DNA of 64,000 nucleotides from a virus, in the IMG/VR virus record IMGVR_UViG_3300033475_001387. One strand, 5' to 3'. This document shows positions 44,957 to 54,364 of the stretch, one piece after another. The first letter of the stretch is position 1; each line of letters starts with the position of its first letter. The translations under genes and the position numbers were made by a program. Below the pieces are notes generated by a model. It had not been told where the DNA came from. It ran no database searches and was given only the letters and a program-made list of their open reading frames with translations.

Positions 44957-45624
44957 CGTGCACCCCCGTCCCCGGCAGCGGCGGGCGCGGCAGCCTCGGC
45001 CTCCCACCGCCGGCGCAGCGGCCCAAGGAACCGCTCCACATCCGTACTCAAGTGATCGACGTACGCGACCGCCTGCGTGACGGTCACCCACAGTGCCTGC
45101 AGTTCCTCCGGCACCAGCGTGTCCTCGACGCCGGCAAGCACCGCTTGCACCAGCCCGCCGTGCTCGCACAGGAGCCGGTCGAAGCGCCGGGCGGTCGCGT
45201 CCTTCGCTTCCAGGCGTATCCGCTCGCAGCCGTCCCCGCCAAGCGCCTGGCGCACGAACGGCGGGAGCGCAGCCCAGAACTCGGGAAGGGTGAACGGCTT
45301 GTCCCAGCCGGGCAGTGCCGGGTTGTCCCAGGGGATGCCGTACTGCGCGCACCACTCGGGCGGGGTGCGCTGAATCAGCTGGCCCGACTCCTGGGGTTCG
45401 GGCTGCACGGCGGCCAGCACGGCGTCGGCGAGAGTCTCAGCCTCGCCGCGGCACAGCGCGCACGTGGCGTCGTAGCGATGCGCGTCGTGCCTCCTCCACG
45501 CCACCATGTCGGGGTCGGCGAAGGTTTCCGGGACGTCGCGGACGAACGCGGCCGGTGCGGTGTTCAACGCCTCGAGGATCCGGGCGCGCAGGCCTTCGGG
45601 GACGTCGGGGATGGTTTCGGACAT
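44953..45624 (-). CDS. Hypothetical protein
   Basis: GGAGG RBS before MSETIPD. Confidence 0.6.
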   Translation of the reverse strand: MSETIPDVPEGLRARILEALNTAPAAFVRDVPETFADPDMVAWRRHDAHRYDATCALCRGEAETLADAVLAAVQPEPQESGQLIQRTPPEWCAQYGIPWDNPALPGWDKPFTLPEFWAALPPFVRQALGGDGCERIRLEAKDATARRFDRLLCEHGGLVQAVLAGVEDTLVPEELQALWVTVTQAVAYVDHLSTDVERFLGPLRRRWEAEAAAPAAAGDGGAR

Positions 45625-45647
45625 GGTTGCCTCCCTGCTGTTGATTG

Positions 45648-46694
45648 TCATGCCGCGACTGTTGATCGCTGGCCAAGGTGTGCCTGCAGCGCGTGCCACA
45701 ACGTCTCCCGGTTGAACGCGTCCAGGTCGTACGAGAGCCCGCGGCGGGTGGCGTGCGCCAGGGCCCCGCGGTGCAGATCGGGGAAGTTCGCGGCGAGGTT
45801 GGCCAGGCTCTGCTCGAGCGTGGCCGGGTCCATCGCTGCGATGCGCCGCCGCTGCGCCTCGATGCCGCCTACGGCCGCAACCGGCGTCGGATCGTCGTTC
45901 TCGTCGATGCCGTCCAGATCTGGCTCTGACGGCCGTAGGCCGTCCCCCGCCGGGAGGCCGCTGGGACCGCGGCGTTGCTCGGAGGCGCGAGCGCAGGGTT
46001 GGTTACTTCCTTTGGGTTTACTTCCTTTGGGTTTAAAGGGGGGGTGTTTTTCACCCCCCTCTAGGGTGGTGTTTTTCGGACCCTCCAGGGTCGGTGCGTC
46101 CTGATCCCCTTCCGGGGCGCCACTCACATTCCCGCTGGTCAGAGGGTTTTGCGCCGAGGGCGGCCCGAAGGGTTCCCGATACCCTTCCGGTACCCCTTCG
46201 CCAACCCCTTCCCGCCTACCCTCCCCAGGGTCGGTATCGCCGTCGGGCTCGTTGCCGCCGGTGCAGGTCGCGCCGCACGCCGTACAGCGATGCGCCGACG
46301 TGCTCTTCCGTTCACCGGACCACCACGCCGGCGTGTGCCCCCGAGGCCGGCCGCCCTGGCCCGGCCCCTTGAAGTTGATCCGCTTGGCGAACGCGACCTC
46401 GAGCGGCGGCAGCTCATCGAACACCCCGCGGACACAGCCGAGGAAGTAGCCCGGCGACGCGTCCGCCCCCGACGGTGTCTGCCAGGGCACGAGGACCAGG
46501 TCCCCGTTCTTCACCGCCCGGTTCTGGTGGTCGCGGATGGTGCTTTCCTTGAGGCCGGTGACTTTCGCGAGCGTCTTGCGGCTGGCCCAGGTGGCCATGT
46601 ACTGGTTCGCAGTGTCGCTCATCGCGGTCAGGACGGCCTTGTACCCGGCGTTGCCCTGGCGCGACTTCGCCCAGCCGATGGCGCGGTTGCTCAT
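45648..46694 (-). CDS. Winged-helix (HTH_36-type) replication-initiator-like protein
   Basis: MSNRAIGWAK...KAVLTAMSDTA...WASRKTLAKVTGLKESTI pattern of phage O-like initiators; central low-complexity repeat region. Confidence 0.65.
   Translation of the reverse strand: MSNRAIGWAKSRQGNAGYKAVLTAMSDTANQYMATWASRKTLAKVTGLKESTIRDHQNRAVKNGDLVLVPWQTPSGADASPGYFLGCVRGVFDELPPLEVAFAKRINFKGPGQGGRPRGHTPAWWSGERKSTSAHRCTACGATCTGGNEPDGDTDPGEGRREGVGEGVPEGYREPFGPPSAQNPLTSGNVSGAPEGDQDAPTLEGPKNTTLEGGEKHPPFKPKGSKPKGSNQPCARASEQRRGPSGLPAGDGLRPSEPDLDGIDENDDPTPVAAVGGIEAQRRRIAAMDPATLEQSLANLAANFPDLHRGALAHATRRGLSYDLDAFNRETLWHALQAHLGQRSTVAA
46003..46224. repeat. AT-rich 15-bp tandem repeat plus ACCC(C)TTC array
   Basis: TTACTTCCTTTGGGT x2 (46003, 46018); units near 46168 (inverted), 46180, 46192, 46204, 46217. 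Confidence 0.65.
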
Positions 46695-47281
46695 CGGCCG
46701 GCCCGCTTATTCAGGCGCGGGAACCGCTCGGCGAGCAGGCGCTCCTCGAGTTGGTAGGCGGCCTCGCGGTCCGAGCAGAGGTAGGCCTGCCAGGTGGAGA
46801 ACTGCTTGCCGGCTCGGCTGTGCTGCTTCAGCCGCGTCCGTAGGTTGCCTGTGCTGCCGACGTAGCAGGGTTCGTTGGTCGCATCGAAGAGTATGTAGAC
46901 GACTGCCGTACCGCCGATCGGAGCGGCGTCGTCCACAGCGATCGGCCATACGCCGACCCACGTCCCCTCGGGGCCGTTCGGCTTCCAGCGGCGCTCCTGG
47001 TCGATGCGCTGCCACTTGATGGCGATGTGCTCGTTCCAGCGCTTCGAGCGGCCGGGGATCTCCAGTGCGCGGTAGGCGTCGAAGGCGGCGAACAGTTGCT
47101 CATTGCTGATCCGGCCGGCCTGGTGCCCAATCCCAAGCCGGTGGAGCATCTGCTCCTCGGCCTGCTCGCGCACCGCGGCCAGCGCGGCCTCACGCTCCCT
47201 AAGCTTCCGGATCTGCTGGAGCGTCGCAAGCGTCGATGGGTCGATACCGCTGTCAGCGTCATCGGCTACCGTGGCAGACAA
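46691..47281 (-). CDS. GIY-YIG nuclease family protein
   Basis: VVYILFD...CYVGST..LRTRLKQH...EERLL...PRLN; probable TTG start with AAAGG RBS. Confidence 0.75.
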   Translation of the reverse strand: MSATVADDADSGIDPSTLATLQQIRKLREREAALAAVREQAEEQMLHRLGIGHQAGRISNEQLFAAFDAYRALEIPGRSKRWNEHIAIKWQRIDQERRWKPNGPEGTWVGVWPIAVDDAAPIGGTAVVYILFDATNEPCYVGSTGNLRTRLKQHSRAGKQFSTWQAYLCSDREAAYQLEERLLAERFPRLNKRAGR

Positions 47282-47498
47282 GCGCGTGCCTTTCGTCGTC
47301 GGGGCGTTGGGTGTGCTGGTCTGCGAGGTGCGATCTCGCTGACCATCTGCTCGGGCCGGCCCTTCGGGGCTGGCCCGCTGCGTTGTGGTGGCTGTCGCCG
47401 CAGGGTTCGCCAGGGCGCGGATCACCGCGTCGCGCTGACAAGCCCGACTGGCCGCGGGTACGGTGAGCAGTGAGCCGATTCGTGGAGGGACCTGCTCG

Positions 47499-47780
47499 AT
47501 GACTGCAGCGCACGCACACGCGTTCCATGGCGCCCGGCCGGCGCAACTGCCGAACACGGTCGAAGCGATCCGCAAGGCGCTGCCGCCCGCGCAGCGCGAG
47601 CAGTTCCTCACCGAGCTGGGGCCGGCGGTTGACCGCGGCGACTTGGCCGAGGTGGATGAGATCAAGGGCAAGTGGTGGGCGCATGCGATGTGGCACCACG
47701 ACCCGAGCATCCAGGCCGACTTTGAGGCCTCGGCCCGGGGCGAGCTTGAGTTCTTCGCTTCGCCGTTCGCCAACCGGTGA
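47499..47780 (+). CDS. DUF6247-like protein, putative antitoxin
   Basis: TVEAIRKALPPAQREQFL.EL...WW; GGAGG RBS. Confidence 0.65.
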   Translation: MTAAHAHAFHGARPAQLPNTVEAIRKALPPAQREQFLTELGPAVDRGDLAEVDEIKGKWWAHAMWHHDPSIQADFEASARGELEFFASPFANR

Positions 47781-48031
47781 GCCGCGCGGAGGACATTTGG
47801 ACGAAGCTCGCCCTCGAGGCGGCAGCGTCGCTGCCGCTCGCCGAGCGCGACCAGCTCGAGGCACTGGTCGGCGAGATCTGCCGGGATCCGTTCGGGCGCG
47901 GCATCGAGGACCCAGCGCTGCCTGACCCGCTGGGCCGTGCCCGGGTCGCCACGGCGAGGCGAGCGGTTGTGTTCTACGAGGTCGTGGACGAGGACATCGT
48001 CCGGATCACCCGCGTGTTCTGGCGCTCGTAG
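47777..48031 (+). CDS. RelE/ParE-like putative toxin
   Basis: 84 aa; RAVVFYEVVDEDIVRITRV C-terminal strands; GTGA coupling. Confidence 0.55.
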   Translation: MSRAEDIWTKLALEAAASLPLAERDQLEALVGEICRDPFGRGIEDPALPDPLGRARVATARRAVVFYEVVDEDIVRITRVFWRS

Positions 48032-48139
48032 CGGGACGCCCTGTCCCGTCAGCCAGTGCAGATGCGGCATGCCGCTTGACCTGCTTGTTAGCGGCTCCGG
48101 TTCGCCAACAGTACCGCCCTTCGCGTACAGTTGTAAGGC

Positions 48140-48646
48140 GTGGAGTGGACTAGTAGTTCGGTGCCGTACATCGCCCCGCCGAAGCCGGGCGAATCCGATG
48201 CGTGGACGAAGGCCGGAGGCAAGCAACGTCTCCTCGGCGTGAGCCTCGTCGAGGCCTCCAGCGAGGTGCGCACGGCCCTGCAACTGACCGAGGGCGCGCG
48301 CGTTGTCCGGCGTTCCCGTCTGATCATCGATGCCGACGGTCCGATGGAAGTCGCCACGTCGTACTGGCCTGCTGAGTGGGCCGAAGGCACACCGTTGGCT
48401 GAGCCAAAGCCCGCCAAGGGCGGGACGGTGCGCGTCCTTGCAGATATGGGCCGAGTCACCGCGACTTCGGTCGAGGACAACACAGCCGAGATCGCCGACG
48501 ACGTGAACTGCCCGGAAGCTCCGCGCGGCGCTCCGCTGCTCGTCATCAAGCGGACCATGCTCGATACGGAGAAGCAGCCCTTCGAGTACATCGTCATGCA
48601 CCGCTGGAACGGCGAGCCCCAGCGCTACGTCCTGAAGGCGGGGTAG
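48140..48646 (+). CDS. UTRA-domain-only protein
   Basis: VVRRSR...ATSYWPAEWAEGTPLA...LLVIKRT; no HTH. Confidence 0.7.
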   Translation: MEWTSSSVPYIAPPKPGESDAWTKAGGKQRLLGVSLVEASSEVRTALQLTEGARVVRRSRLIIDADGPMEVATSYWPAEWAEGTPLAEPKPAKGGTVRVLADMGRVTATSVEDNTAEIADDVNCPEAPRGAPLLVIKRTMLDTEKQPFEYIVMHRWNGEPQRYVLKAG

Positions 48647-48652
48647 ATACCT

Positions 48653-49375
48653 GTGCGCACTTGGGAAGACACCCGGCCGCCGTACCTGAAGTACGCGGCG
48701 CAGATCCGCAGGCAGATCATGTCCGGCGACTTCGATTCCGGGGAGTCCGATAACCAACTGCCGTCGATCAAGTACCTCATGGAGGTGCTCAACACGAAGT
48801 CGACGAGCGTCGTTCAGCGCGCCCTCGAGGTGCTCGAAGCTGAAGGACTGGTGGAGCGGCAGCACGGCAAGGGCAACTTTGCGCGCCGCTGGAGAGTCGT
48901 TGCGATCGACGCCGTCCGTGATCCGATGGCGGCGAACATGAAGTACAAGCTCCGAAGGGTCGAAGAGGTCGTGCCGGCCGCCGACGTGCGCGCTGAACTC
49001 GGTATCGGGCCGTCGGACACCGCGATCCTGCGTGAGCAGGTCGGCCGTCGTGACGGCGAGCCCGTCGAGCTCGTGAGCAACTACTACAGGCACGACGTGG
49101 CCGACGGCACTCGACTCGCGGAGTCGGGACCGCTCGGTGGCGGCTCGAAGGCCTACCTCGAATCGATGGGGTACGTCGAGGCCGAGATGATCGACCTGGA
49201 GACGTTCCGCGCGCCGGAAGAGCACGAAGTCGTCGCCCTGGAGCTGCCCGAGGGCGTGCCTATTGTCTCGGTCCTCAGGGTCATCCGTAACGAGCACGGT
49301 GTGCCAGTCGAGGTGTCCGTGATAGTCAAGGGCGGCCATCGGTACGCACTTCGGCATCGAACTTTGCTGCGCTGA
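48653..49375 (+). CDS. GntR-family regulator (HTH+UTRA), KorSA-like
   Basis: PPYLKYAAQIRRQI...LPS...VQRALEVLEAEGLVERQHGKGNF. Confidence 0.88.
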   Translation: MRTWEDTRPPYLKYAAQIRRQIMSGDFDSGESDNQLPSIKYLMEVLNTKSTSVVQRALEVLEAEGLVERQHGKGNFARRWRVVAIDAVRDPMAANMKYKLRRVEEVVPAADVRAELGIGPSDTAILREQVGRRDGEPVELVSNYYRHDVADGTRLAESGPLGGGSKAYLESMGYVEAEMIDLETFRAPEEHEVVALELPEGVPIVSVLRVIRNEHGVPVEVSVIVKGGHRYALRHRTLLR

Positions 49376-49397
49376 CAGCTGACTCACCCCTTCCCAT

Positions 49398-49424
49398 GCC
49401 CCCGGTTCCGACCGGGGGCTTTTT
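49398..49424 (+). terminator. Rho-independent terminator
   Basis: GCCCCCGGT-tccg-ACCGGGGGC-TTTTT. Confidence 0.85.
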
Positions 49425-49454
49425 CGTGCTCCGAGGTGTGTTCAACCTCGCCTC

Positions 49455-49482
49455 TTGCACTGTACCGAATCTGCGGTACTCT
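49455..49482 (+). promoter_or_regulatory. Promoter overlapped by palindromic operator
   Basis: TTGCAC, 16 bp spacer, TACTCT; GTACCG-N6-CGGTAC within it. Confidence 0.6.
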
Positions 49483-49487
49483 GGGCA

Positions 49488-49760
49488 ATGTCAGCACGAA
49501 ACGAAGCGCCCGAAGCGGACGCCAAGAACGCAAGGGAGGAAGCCATGGAGGCGGAGCGCGACGAGGTATCCGTCAGCGAAGCCGCGCGCCGCTTCGGCGT
49601 CAGCACCCGCACGGTTCTCAACATGATCTACCGCGGCGTCATCAAGGCCCGCCGTCCCACCGGCGCTAAGCGCGGGATGTACCGCATCCCCACGGCCGAG
49701 ATCGACCGGCACCTCGCTGAGACCGAAGTCAGCCGGTTTCCCGAGCCGGTAACCGCCTGA
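49488..49760 (+). CDS. Excisionase-like HTH protein
   Basis: SVSEAARRFGVSTRTVLNMIYRGVIKA...YRIP; alternative start 49545. Confidence 0.75.
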   Translation: MSARNEAPEADAKNAREEAMEAERDEVSVSEAARRFGVSTRTVLNMIYRGVIKARRPTGAKRGMYRIPTAEIDRHLAETEVSRFPEPVTA

Positions 49761-49806
49761 TCGTCTGTCCGACCGGTTCGAACTGGACGGTCGGACTTGA
49801 AGGGAA

Positions 49807-49847
49807 GCGGCCCCGCCCGCCGGACTCCAAACAGCGGGCGGGGCCGC
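49807..49847 (+). repeat. Intergenic hairpin with GACTCCAA loop, copy 1
   Basis: GCGGCCCCGCCCGC/GCGGGCGGGGCCGC; similar to 55169-55205. Confidence 0.6.
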
Positions 49848-49908
49848 AACCGAAGCACCAACGTCGAGGCCGTAGCCCGCCCGCCCGAATCCCAGAAGGA
49901 GGCCCCCG

Positions 49909-50073
49909 ATGACGATCAACTGGAGTGACCCGACCAAGAACACGCAGGCGGACCTGGACGCCTACCGCCAGTGGATCGACGACACCAACCTGTCCAAGAA
50001 CCACAGCGACCTGTACCGGCCGGTCGTGAAGCGGGACGGCGACAAGCCGGCCGCCACTCCGGCCGCCGCGTAA
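49909..50073 (+). CDS. Small hypothetical protein (54 aa, not in ORF track)
   Basis: AAGGAGG RBS; MTINWSDPTK...TAA. Confidence 0.6.
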   Translation: MTINWSDPTKNTQADLDAYRQWIDDTNLSKNHSDLYRPVVKRDGDKPAATPAAA

Positions 50074-50303
50074 CCCAACTAGCCCCTCGGGGCCGCGAAG
50101 GCGGCCCTCAAGCCCCTGACCTCGGAGGTCCCGGGACTGCTGCCGCACCAGCAGTTACCTGGGGAGCCGGTTCGACACCGGCCTGTGGGCACGCACGATC
50201 CAAGCCCTCGTCTGGGTCGGACCGCTGGCCTCCCCCACCAGCGCGCGAGTTCGAGACTCGCGGAGGGCACTCGGCACCACCCGTTCGAGCAAGGAGCCTC
50301 CAA

Positions 50304-50927
50304 GTGGAGTACGAGCGCCGCACGATCACCCAGACCATCAAGGTCCCGACGAACACCGGCCGCACCGTGGACGAGCACACGCAGGCGTACCTGAACCGGG
50401 CGATGGACGTCATGGACTCGATGGGCATCGGCATGTGGCCCGCGGCAGTGACCAACCCGGACGCGGCAGGAGCAACCGAGGACGAGAAGCCGGAGGCGAT
50501 CCGCCTGACCGCGGACGTGGTGCTGTTCGGCGAGTTCGACGGCGTCGCGCACGTCCTGCTGATCGAGCGCGGCGACGAGCCGTTCAAGGGCCTGTCGGCA
50601 TGGCCGGGCGGCCACGCCGACGAGGGCGAGGACGTCAAGGCCGCCGCCTACCGCGAGTTGGCCGAGGAGACCGGAATCCACATCGGCCCGCAGCTCAAGC
50701 TGGTCGGCGCCTACCAGACCCCGGGCCGGGACCCTCGCGGCCGCTACGTCACCTTCGCCTACACCGGCCGACTCGGCCACCGCGTCGAGCCGACCGCCGG
50801 GGACGACGCGGCGAAGGCCGAGTGGGTGCGCCTGGACCGGGTGATGTCGGGCGACATTCTGCTCGCGTTCGACCACGCGGAGATCCTGCGGGACGCGCTG
50901 AAGGTGCAGCCGCTGTACGGCGCGTGA
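50304..50927 (+). CDS. Nudix hydrolase (pSAM2 Pif-like position)
   Basis: Nudix box GGHADEGEDVKAAAYRELAEETG; DPRGRYVT; LAFDHAEI. Confidence 0.9.
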   Translation: MEYERRTITQTIKVPTNTGRTVDEHTQAYLNRAMDVMDSMGIGMWPAAVTNPDAAGATEDEKPEAIRLTADVVLFGEFDGVAHVLLIERGDEPFKGLSAWPGGHADEGEDVKAAAYRELAEETGIHIGPQLKLVGAYQTPGRDPRGRYVTFAYTGRLGHRVEPTAGDDAAKAEWVRLDRVMSGDILLAFDHAEILRDALKVQPLYGA

Positions 50928-51223
50928 TGTACGACCCGGCTTCGGCCGGCAAGCCCTCTAGCTCGCTGGTCGAGCGTCGCGCCCTCCCTCCTCGGGGCAC
51001 GAAGGACAGGTTCGACACCTGTGAGGGCACGCGGACCGGAACCTAGGCCGGTCGGCAGAAGGCGGATCGACGGATCCGCTGGGGCTGTGGTGTCGGGAGC
51101 ACGCCCTCCATGGAGGGAAGCGCCGGTTCAAGTCCGGCCAGCCCACGTCAAAAGGCCCAGCCGCTGGTGACGCAGCGGCCGGGCCAGGTCGAACCACTCC
51201 CGACCGGAAGAAGGCCCAACATC

Positions 51224-51463
51224 ATGCAGGGTACCGCCACCACCAGACCGCGCTCGGCCGAGTACGACTACCAGGCCATGGGCGAGATGCTCGCCGTGCT
51301 CGAGCGCGCCGCCACCGACTCGGCGTTCTTCGACGGGCTGCTGACCGCGCACCGCATCGCCGGCCGCCCCGACATCGCCGACTCCGCCGCGGCCGCGGTC
51401 GCCTCGATCCAGCGGCAGAACACCATCGTCCGGCCCGAGACCATCCTGGACGGCCCGCGATGA
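51224..51463 (+). CDS. Hypothetical protein
   Basis: ATGA coupling. Confidence 0.5.
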   Translation: MQGTATTRPRSAEYDYQAMGEMLAVLERAATDSAFFDGLLTAHRIAGRPDIADSAAAAVASIQRQNTIVRPETILDGPR

Positions 51464-51663
51464 GCCGCCGCCACGAAGAACTGCTCGGCTACGCCGAGAA
51501 GCGCGACCGTGACGCCGCCGCCGCGCGCGATGCCCGCGACAACGCGCAGTACGGCAGTTGGGAGCGCGGCGTCTACGCCCAGGCGTATGAGGACGCGAAG
51601 GCCGACGCGAAGAGCTTGCGCTTCCAGGTTGCGGACGAGAAGTGGAGGGAAAGCCGCCGATGA
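51460..51663 (+). CDS. Hypothetical protein
   Basis: ATGA coupling at both ends. Confidence 0.55.
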   Translation: MSRRHEELLGYAEKRDRDAAAARDARDNAQYGSWERGVYAQAYEDAKADAKSLRFQVADEKWRESRR

Positions 51664-52154
51664 CCTCCCCCTACGGCCCCTACTTCGCGCGCGTGGACGC
51701 CACGGCCGACCTCGGCCCGGGCGACCGGGCCGGGCGGCTCGCCGCCCTCACCTCCGCCCTCACCGGCGCTGGCGTCGCCCTCGGCGACTTCGACCAGGAC
51801 GTCGCCGCCTGGCTCGCCGGTTCGGACCCCGCCACCATCCAGGCCGTCATCGGCTGGATCACCCGCGCCGACAGCCGGCCCGCGCCCGTCTCCCCCGCCG
51901 GCACCTGGGCCATCTACCGGCCCACCCCCGCCGACAGGGAAGTGCTCGAGGCCACCGGCATCCACGGCACCTGGAGCGGATACGCCGAGCCCGACACTCT
52001 CGCCGGCAACGTCCTCGAGACCTACGCCGACGCCAACCCCGACTGGGTCGTGAACGTCTACGGCCCCGACGCGCTGCTCGTCGCCTGGGCCGAGTGGGAC
52101 GGCGGCAAGGTCGCCGTGCACCGCGCGGCCGCGAAGGTGGTGCAGCCGCGATGA
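51660..52154 (+). CDS. Hypothetical protein
   Basis: ATGA coupling. Confidence 0.55.
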   Translation: MTSPYGPYFARVDATADLGPGDRAGRLAALTSALTGAGVALGDFDQDVAAWLAGSDPATIQAVIGWITRADSRPAPVSPAGTWAIYRPTPADREVLEATGIHGTWSGYAEPDTLAGNVLETYADANPDWVVNVYGPDALLVAWAEWDGGKVAVHRAAAKVVQPR

Positions 52155-52540
52155 CCACTGCCACCGCCGCCCGCCGCCGCGCGCACCTGACGCCGGTCAC
52201 CGACGGCTACGTGCCCCCGGCGCCCGCCGACGACCTGACCGCCAAGGCCGACGCCGAGGGCGCTAACCGCCTCGAGCAGTTCGCAGAGGACCACGACGAC
52301 GCGTGCGTCGCGGCGCTCGTCCCCGAAGTCGTCGAGCAGCAGCGCGCCCTGATCGCCAAGGCCATGGCCGCGGTCGCCACCCCGGGCGCGGACCTCCACG
52401 CGATCCTCCTCGACTACGGCCACGCCATGTTCGTCGTCGGACACACCGAGCGCGCCCTGAGCGACCGTGAGCTCCCCGGCCCGTCCGAGACCGAAGTCGG
52501 CACGCTCGCCGCGATCCTCCGGCTGGAGGCCCGCCGATGA
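52151..52540 (+). CDS. Hypothetical protein
   Basis: ATGA coupling. Confidence 0.55.
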   Translation: MTTATAARRRAHLTPVTDGYVPPAPADDLTAKADAEGANRLEQFAEDHDDACVAALVPEVVEQQRALIAKAMAAVATPGADLHAILLDYGHAMFVVGHTERALSDRELPGPSETEVGTLAAILRLEARR

Positions 52541-52737
52541 GCGTCTCGATCGTCGCCACCGAGAACGGGCGCACCATCACCGCCCCCGACTCCCCCACCC
52601 TCGCCCGCTGGGCCTACGAAACCCACTGCGAGACCTGCGCCACCTGCCGCCGCGGCGAGACCTGGTGCAACCACGGCCGCGCCCTGCTCGCCGCCACCGC
52701 CCCCACCAACGACCTCCCGGGATTCCCGGCTATCTAA
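52537..52737 (+). CDS. Small zinc-binding protein
   Basis: HCETCATC...WCNHG. Confidence 0.55.
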   Translation: MSVSIVATENGRTITAPDSPTLARWAYETHCETCATCRRGETWCNHGRALLAATAPTNDLPGFPAI

Positions 52738-52747
52738 GGAGGCTGTC

Positions 52748-52951
52748 GTGCTCTACTTCTACTTCATGGCCGCGCTCGGGTGGGGCAACACCCCAATCGA
52801 ACTCGCCGGCACCGTTATCCCGGCGCCCGGCGCCACCCGGCACGACCTCTACCGCCAGCTCGCAGAGAAGGCTCGCGAGACCCTCGGCTGCGAGCGGAAG
52901 CAGCTCATCGTCACCCAGTTCAGCCTCGAGCCGAACGAACTGGGGACCTGA
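52748..52951 (+). CDS. Hypothetical protein
   Basis: AAGGAGG RBS; FSLEPNEL C-terminus. Confidence 0.6.
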   Translation: MLYFYFMAALGWGNTPIELAGTVIPAPGATRHDLYRQLAEKARETLGCERKQLIVTQFSLEPNELGT

Positions 52952-52952
52952 C

Positions 52953-53156
52953 ATGCCGTCCAACCACACCCCGCGCGGCCTGACCGTCGCGCTCACCACC
53001 GGCTCCACGCTCATCGTCGCGCTCGCCGTCGCCGAGCGCGCGCTCCCAGCCGAGAAGTGGCCGCTGCGCATCGCCGCCCTCGCTGTGCTCGTGATCCTCA
53101 CCGTCATCGCCGCCGCCCACAATGGCCGGCCCGAACAGCCCCGACCGGAGCAGTGA
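52953..53156 (+). CDS. Small two-TM membrane protein
   Basis: Two hydrophobic helices. Confidence 0.55.
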   Translation: MPSNHTPRGLTVALTTGSTLIVALAVAERALPAEKWPLRIAALAVLVILTVIAAAHNGRPEQPRPEQ

Positions 53157-53158
53157 CC

Positions 53159-53644
53159 ATGAGCCCCCGCCGCATCCTGATCAATGCCGCGATCGCCCTG
53201 GTCACTGCCGCGATCGCCGTCCACATCGTCTCCGGTCAGCCGTTCACCCCTACGTGGATCGCCCTCGCCCTGGCGTGGGCCACCGGAGTCATCTCCATGT
53301 GGACCATCGAGCGGCGGATCACGGCCGCGCGGCGGCAAGAGGACCGCCAGGCCCAGCGTCCGCTGATCGAGCAGTTCCCCGAGTTCCAGCCGACCACCAT
53401 CGTCGTAGTCGACGAGGTCGCGGAATTGATGGGCAAGCCGCACGCCGAAGCCACCCTCCGCGGCGAGCGGGTCGCGATGGAACCGTGCCCCGACGGCGAG
53501 CACTACTTCCCGTTCCCGGAGGAACTCGGCTGCGACCCCGAATCCTTTCCCGGCGGCCCGGACTCCCGCGGCAGCTGCGCCTGCGGCACCGCCTACTCAC
53601 CCTGGCTAGCCAACCTGATGGCCAACAAGGACACCGACCAGTGA
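53159..53644 (+). CDS. Membrane protein with C-terminal Cys motif
   Basis: Two TM helices, then CPDGEH...CAC. Confidence 0.55.
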   Translation: MSPRRILINAAIALVTAAIAVHIVSGQPFTPTWIALALAWATGVISMWTIERRITAARRQEDRQAQRPLIEQFPEFQPTTIVVVDEVAELMGKPHAEATLRGERVAMEPCPDGEHYFPFPEELGCDPESFPGGPDSRGSCACGTAYSPWLANLMANKDTDQ

Positions 53645-54045
53645 ACACCGCGACCATGCTCCTGCTCGCCGTGATGCTCCACTTCGTCGGGGACTACGTC
53701 ACCCAGTCCCACTGGATGGCCACCGAGAAGACCAACCGCCACCTGCCCGCGATCATCCACGGACTCGTCTACGCGCTGCCCTTCCTCATCCTCACCCGCT
53801 CGCTGGCCGCGCCCGCCGTCATCGCCGGCACGCACATCATCATCGACCGCTACCGGCTCGCCCGGCACCTGGTGTGGGCGAAGAACCTGCTCGCCCCGCG
53901 CCGCGCGCGCCGGTCGTGGGCGGAGTGCTCGGCCACCGGCTACCCACCGGAGACTCCGGCGTGGCTCGCCGTCGGCCTCATGATCGCCGCGGACAACACG
54001 GCACACATCCTGATCAACACTGCCGCGCTCGCGTGGCTGCACTGA
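53641..54045 (+). CDS. DUF3307 family membrane protein
   Basis: LHFVGDYVTQSHWMA.EK...HGLVY...THIIID. Confidence 0.8.
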   Translation: MNTATMLLLAVMLHFVGDYVTQSHWMATEKTNRHLPAIIHGLVYALPFLILTRSLAAPAVIAGTHIIIDRYRLARHLVWAKNLLAPRRARRSWAECSATGYPPETPAWLAVGLMIAADNTAHILINTAALAWLH

Positions 54046-54087
54046 CCGCAAGCAACCCCCCGACTGACCGCGAAGGAGACCACGCAC

Positions 54088-54342
54088 ATGGCCACCGCCC
54101 CCATCCCCGTCCACGAGGCCGACGACGAGATCGAGGACCTGTACATCCCCGACTTCAAACTCGTCAAGGAGCTCGCCCAGCGCGTCACCGACAACCACGG
54201 CAAGTCCGCGCGGCTGCCCCAGGTCGCCGGCATGCTCGACACCTGGGACGAGACCAAGAACCTCGACCTCGGCCAGCAGGAAATCCTCGCCGACGAGATC
54301 GTCGACGTTCTCGCCTCCCGCGACAACGGCCGACGGCGGTAA
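54088..54342 (+). CDS. Hypothetical protein
   Basis: AAGGAG RBS. Confidence 0.6.
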   Translation: MATAPIPVHEADDEIEDLYIPDFKLVKELAQRVTDNHGKSARLPQVAGMLDTWDETKNLDLGQQEILADEIVDVLASRDNGRRR

Positions 54343-54364
54343 CGAACCCTGACTCGTGGAGGCT

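Noticed and set aside
46691-49387. 898-aa minus-strand ORF in the track
   Set aside because: Only the last ~196 aa (GIY-YIG) look real; the rest is antisense to the TA-like pair and both GntR-family genes
49488-49760. Functional int/xis excision module
   Set aside because: No tyrosine or serine recombinase and no att site identifiable in the window; HTH could be a Cro-like regulator
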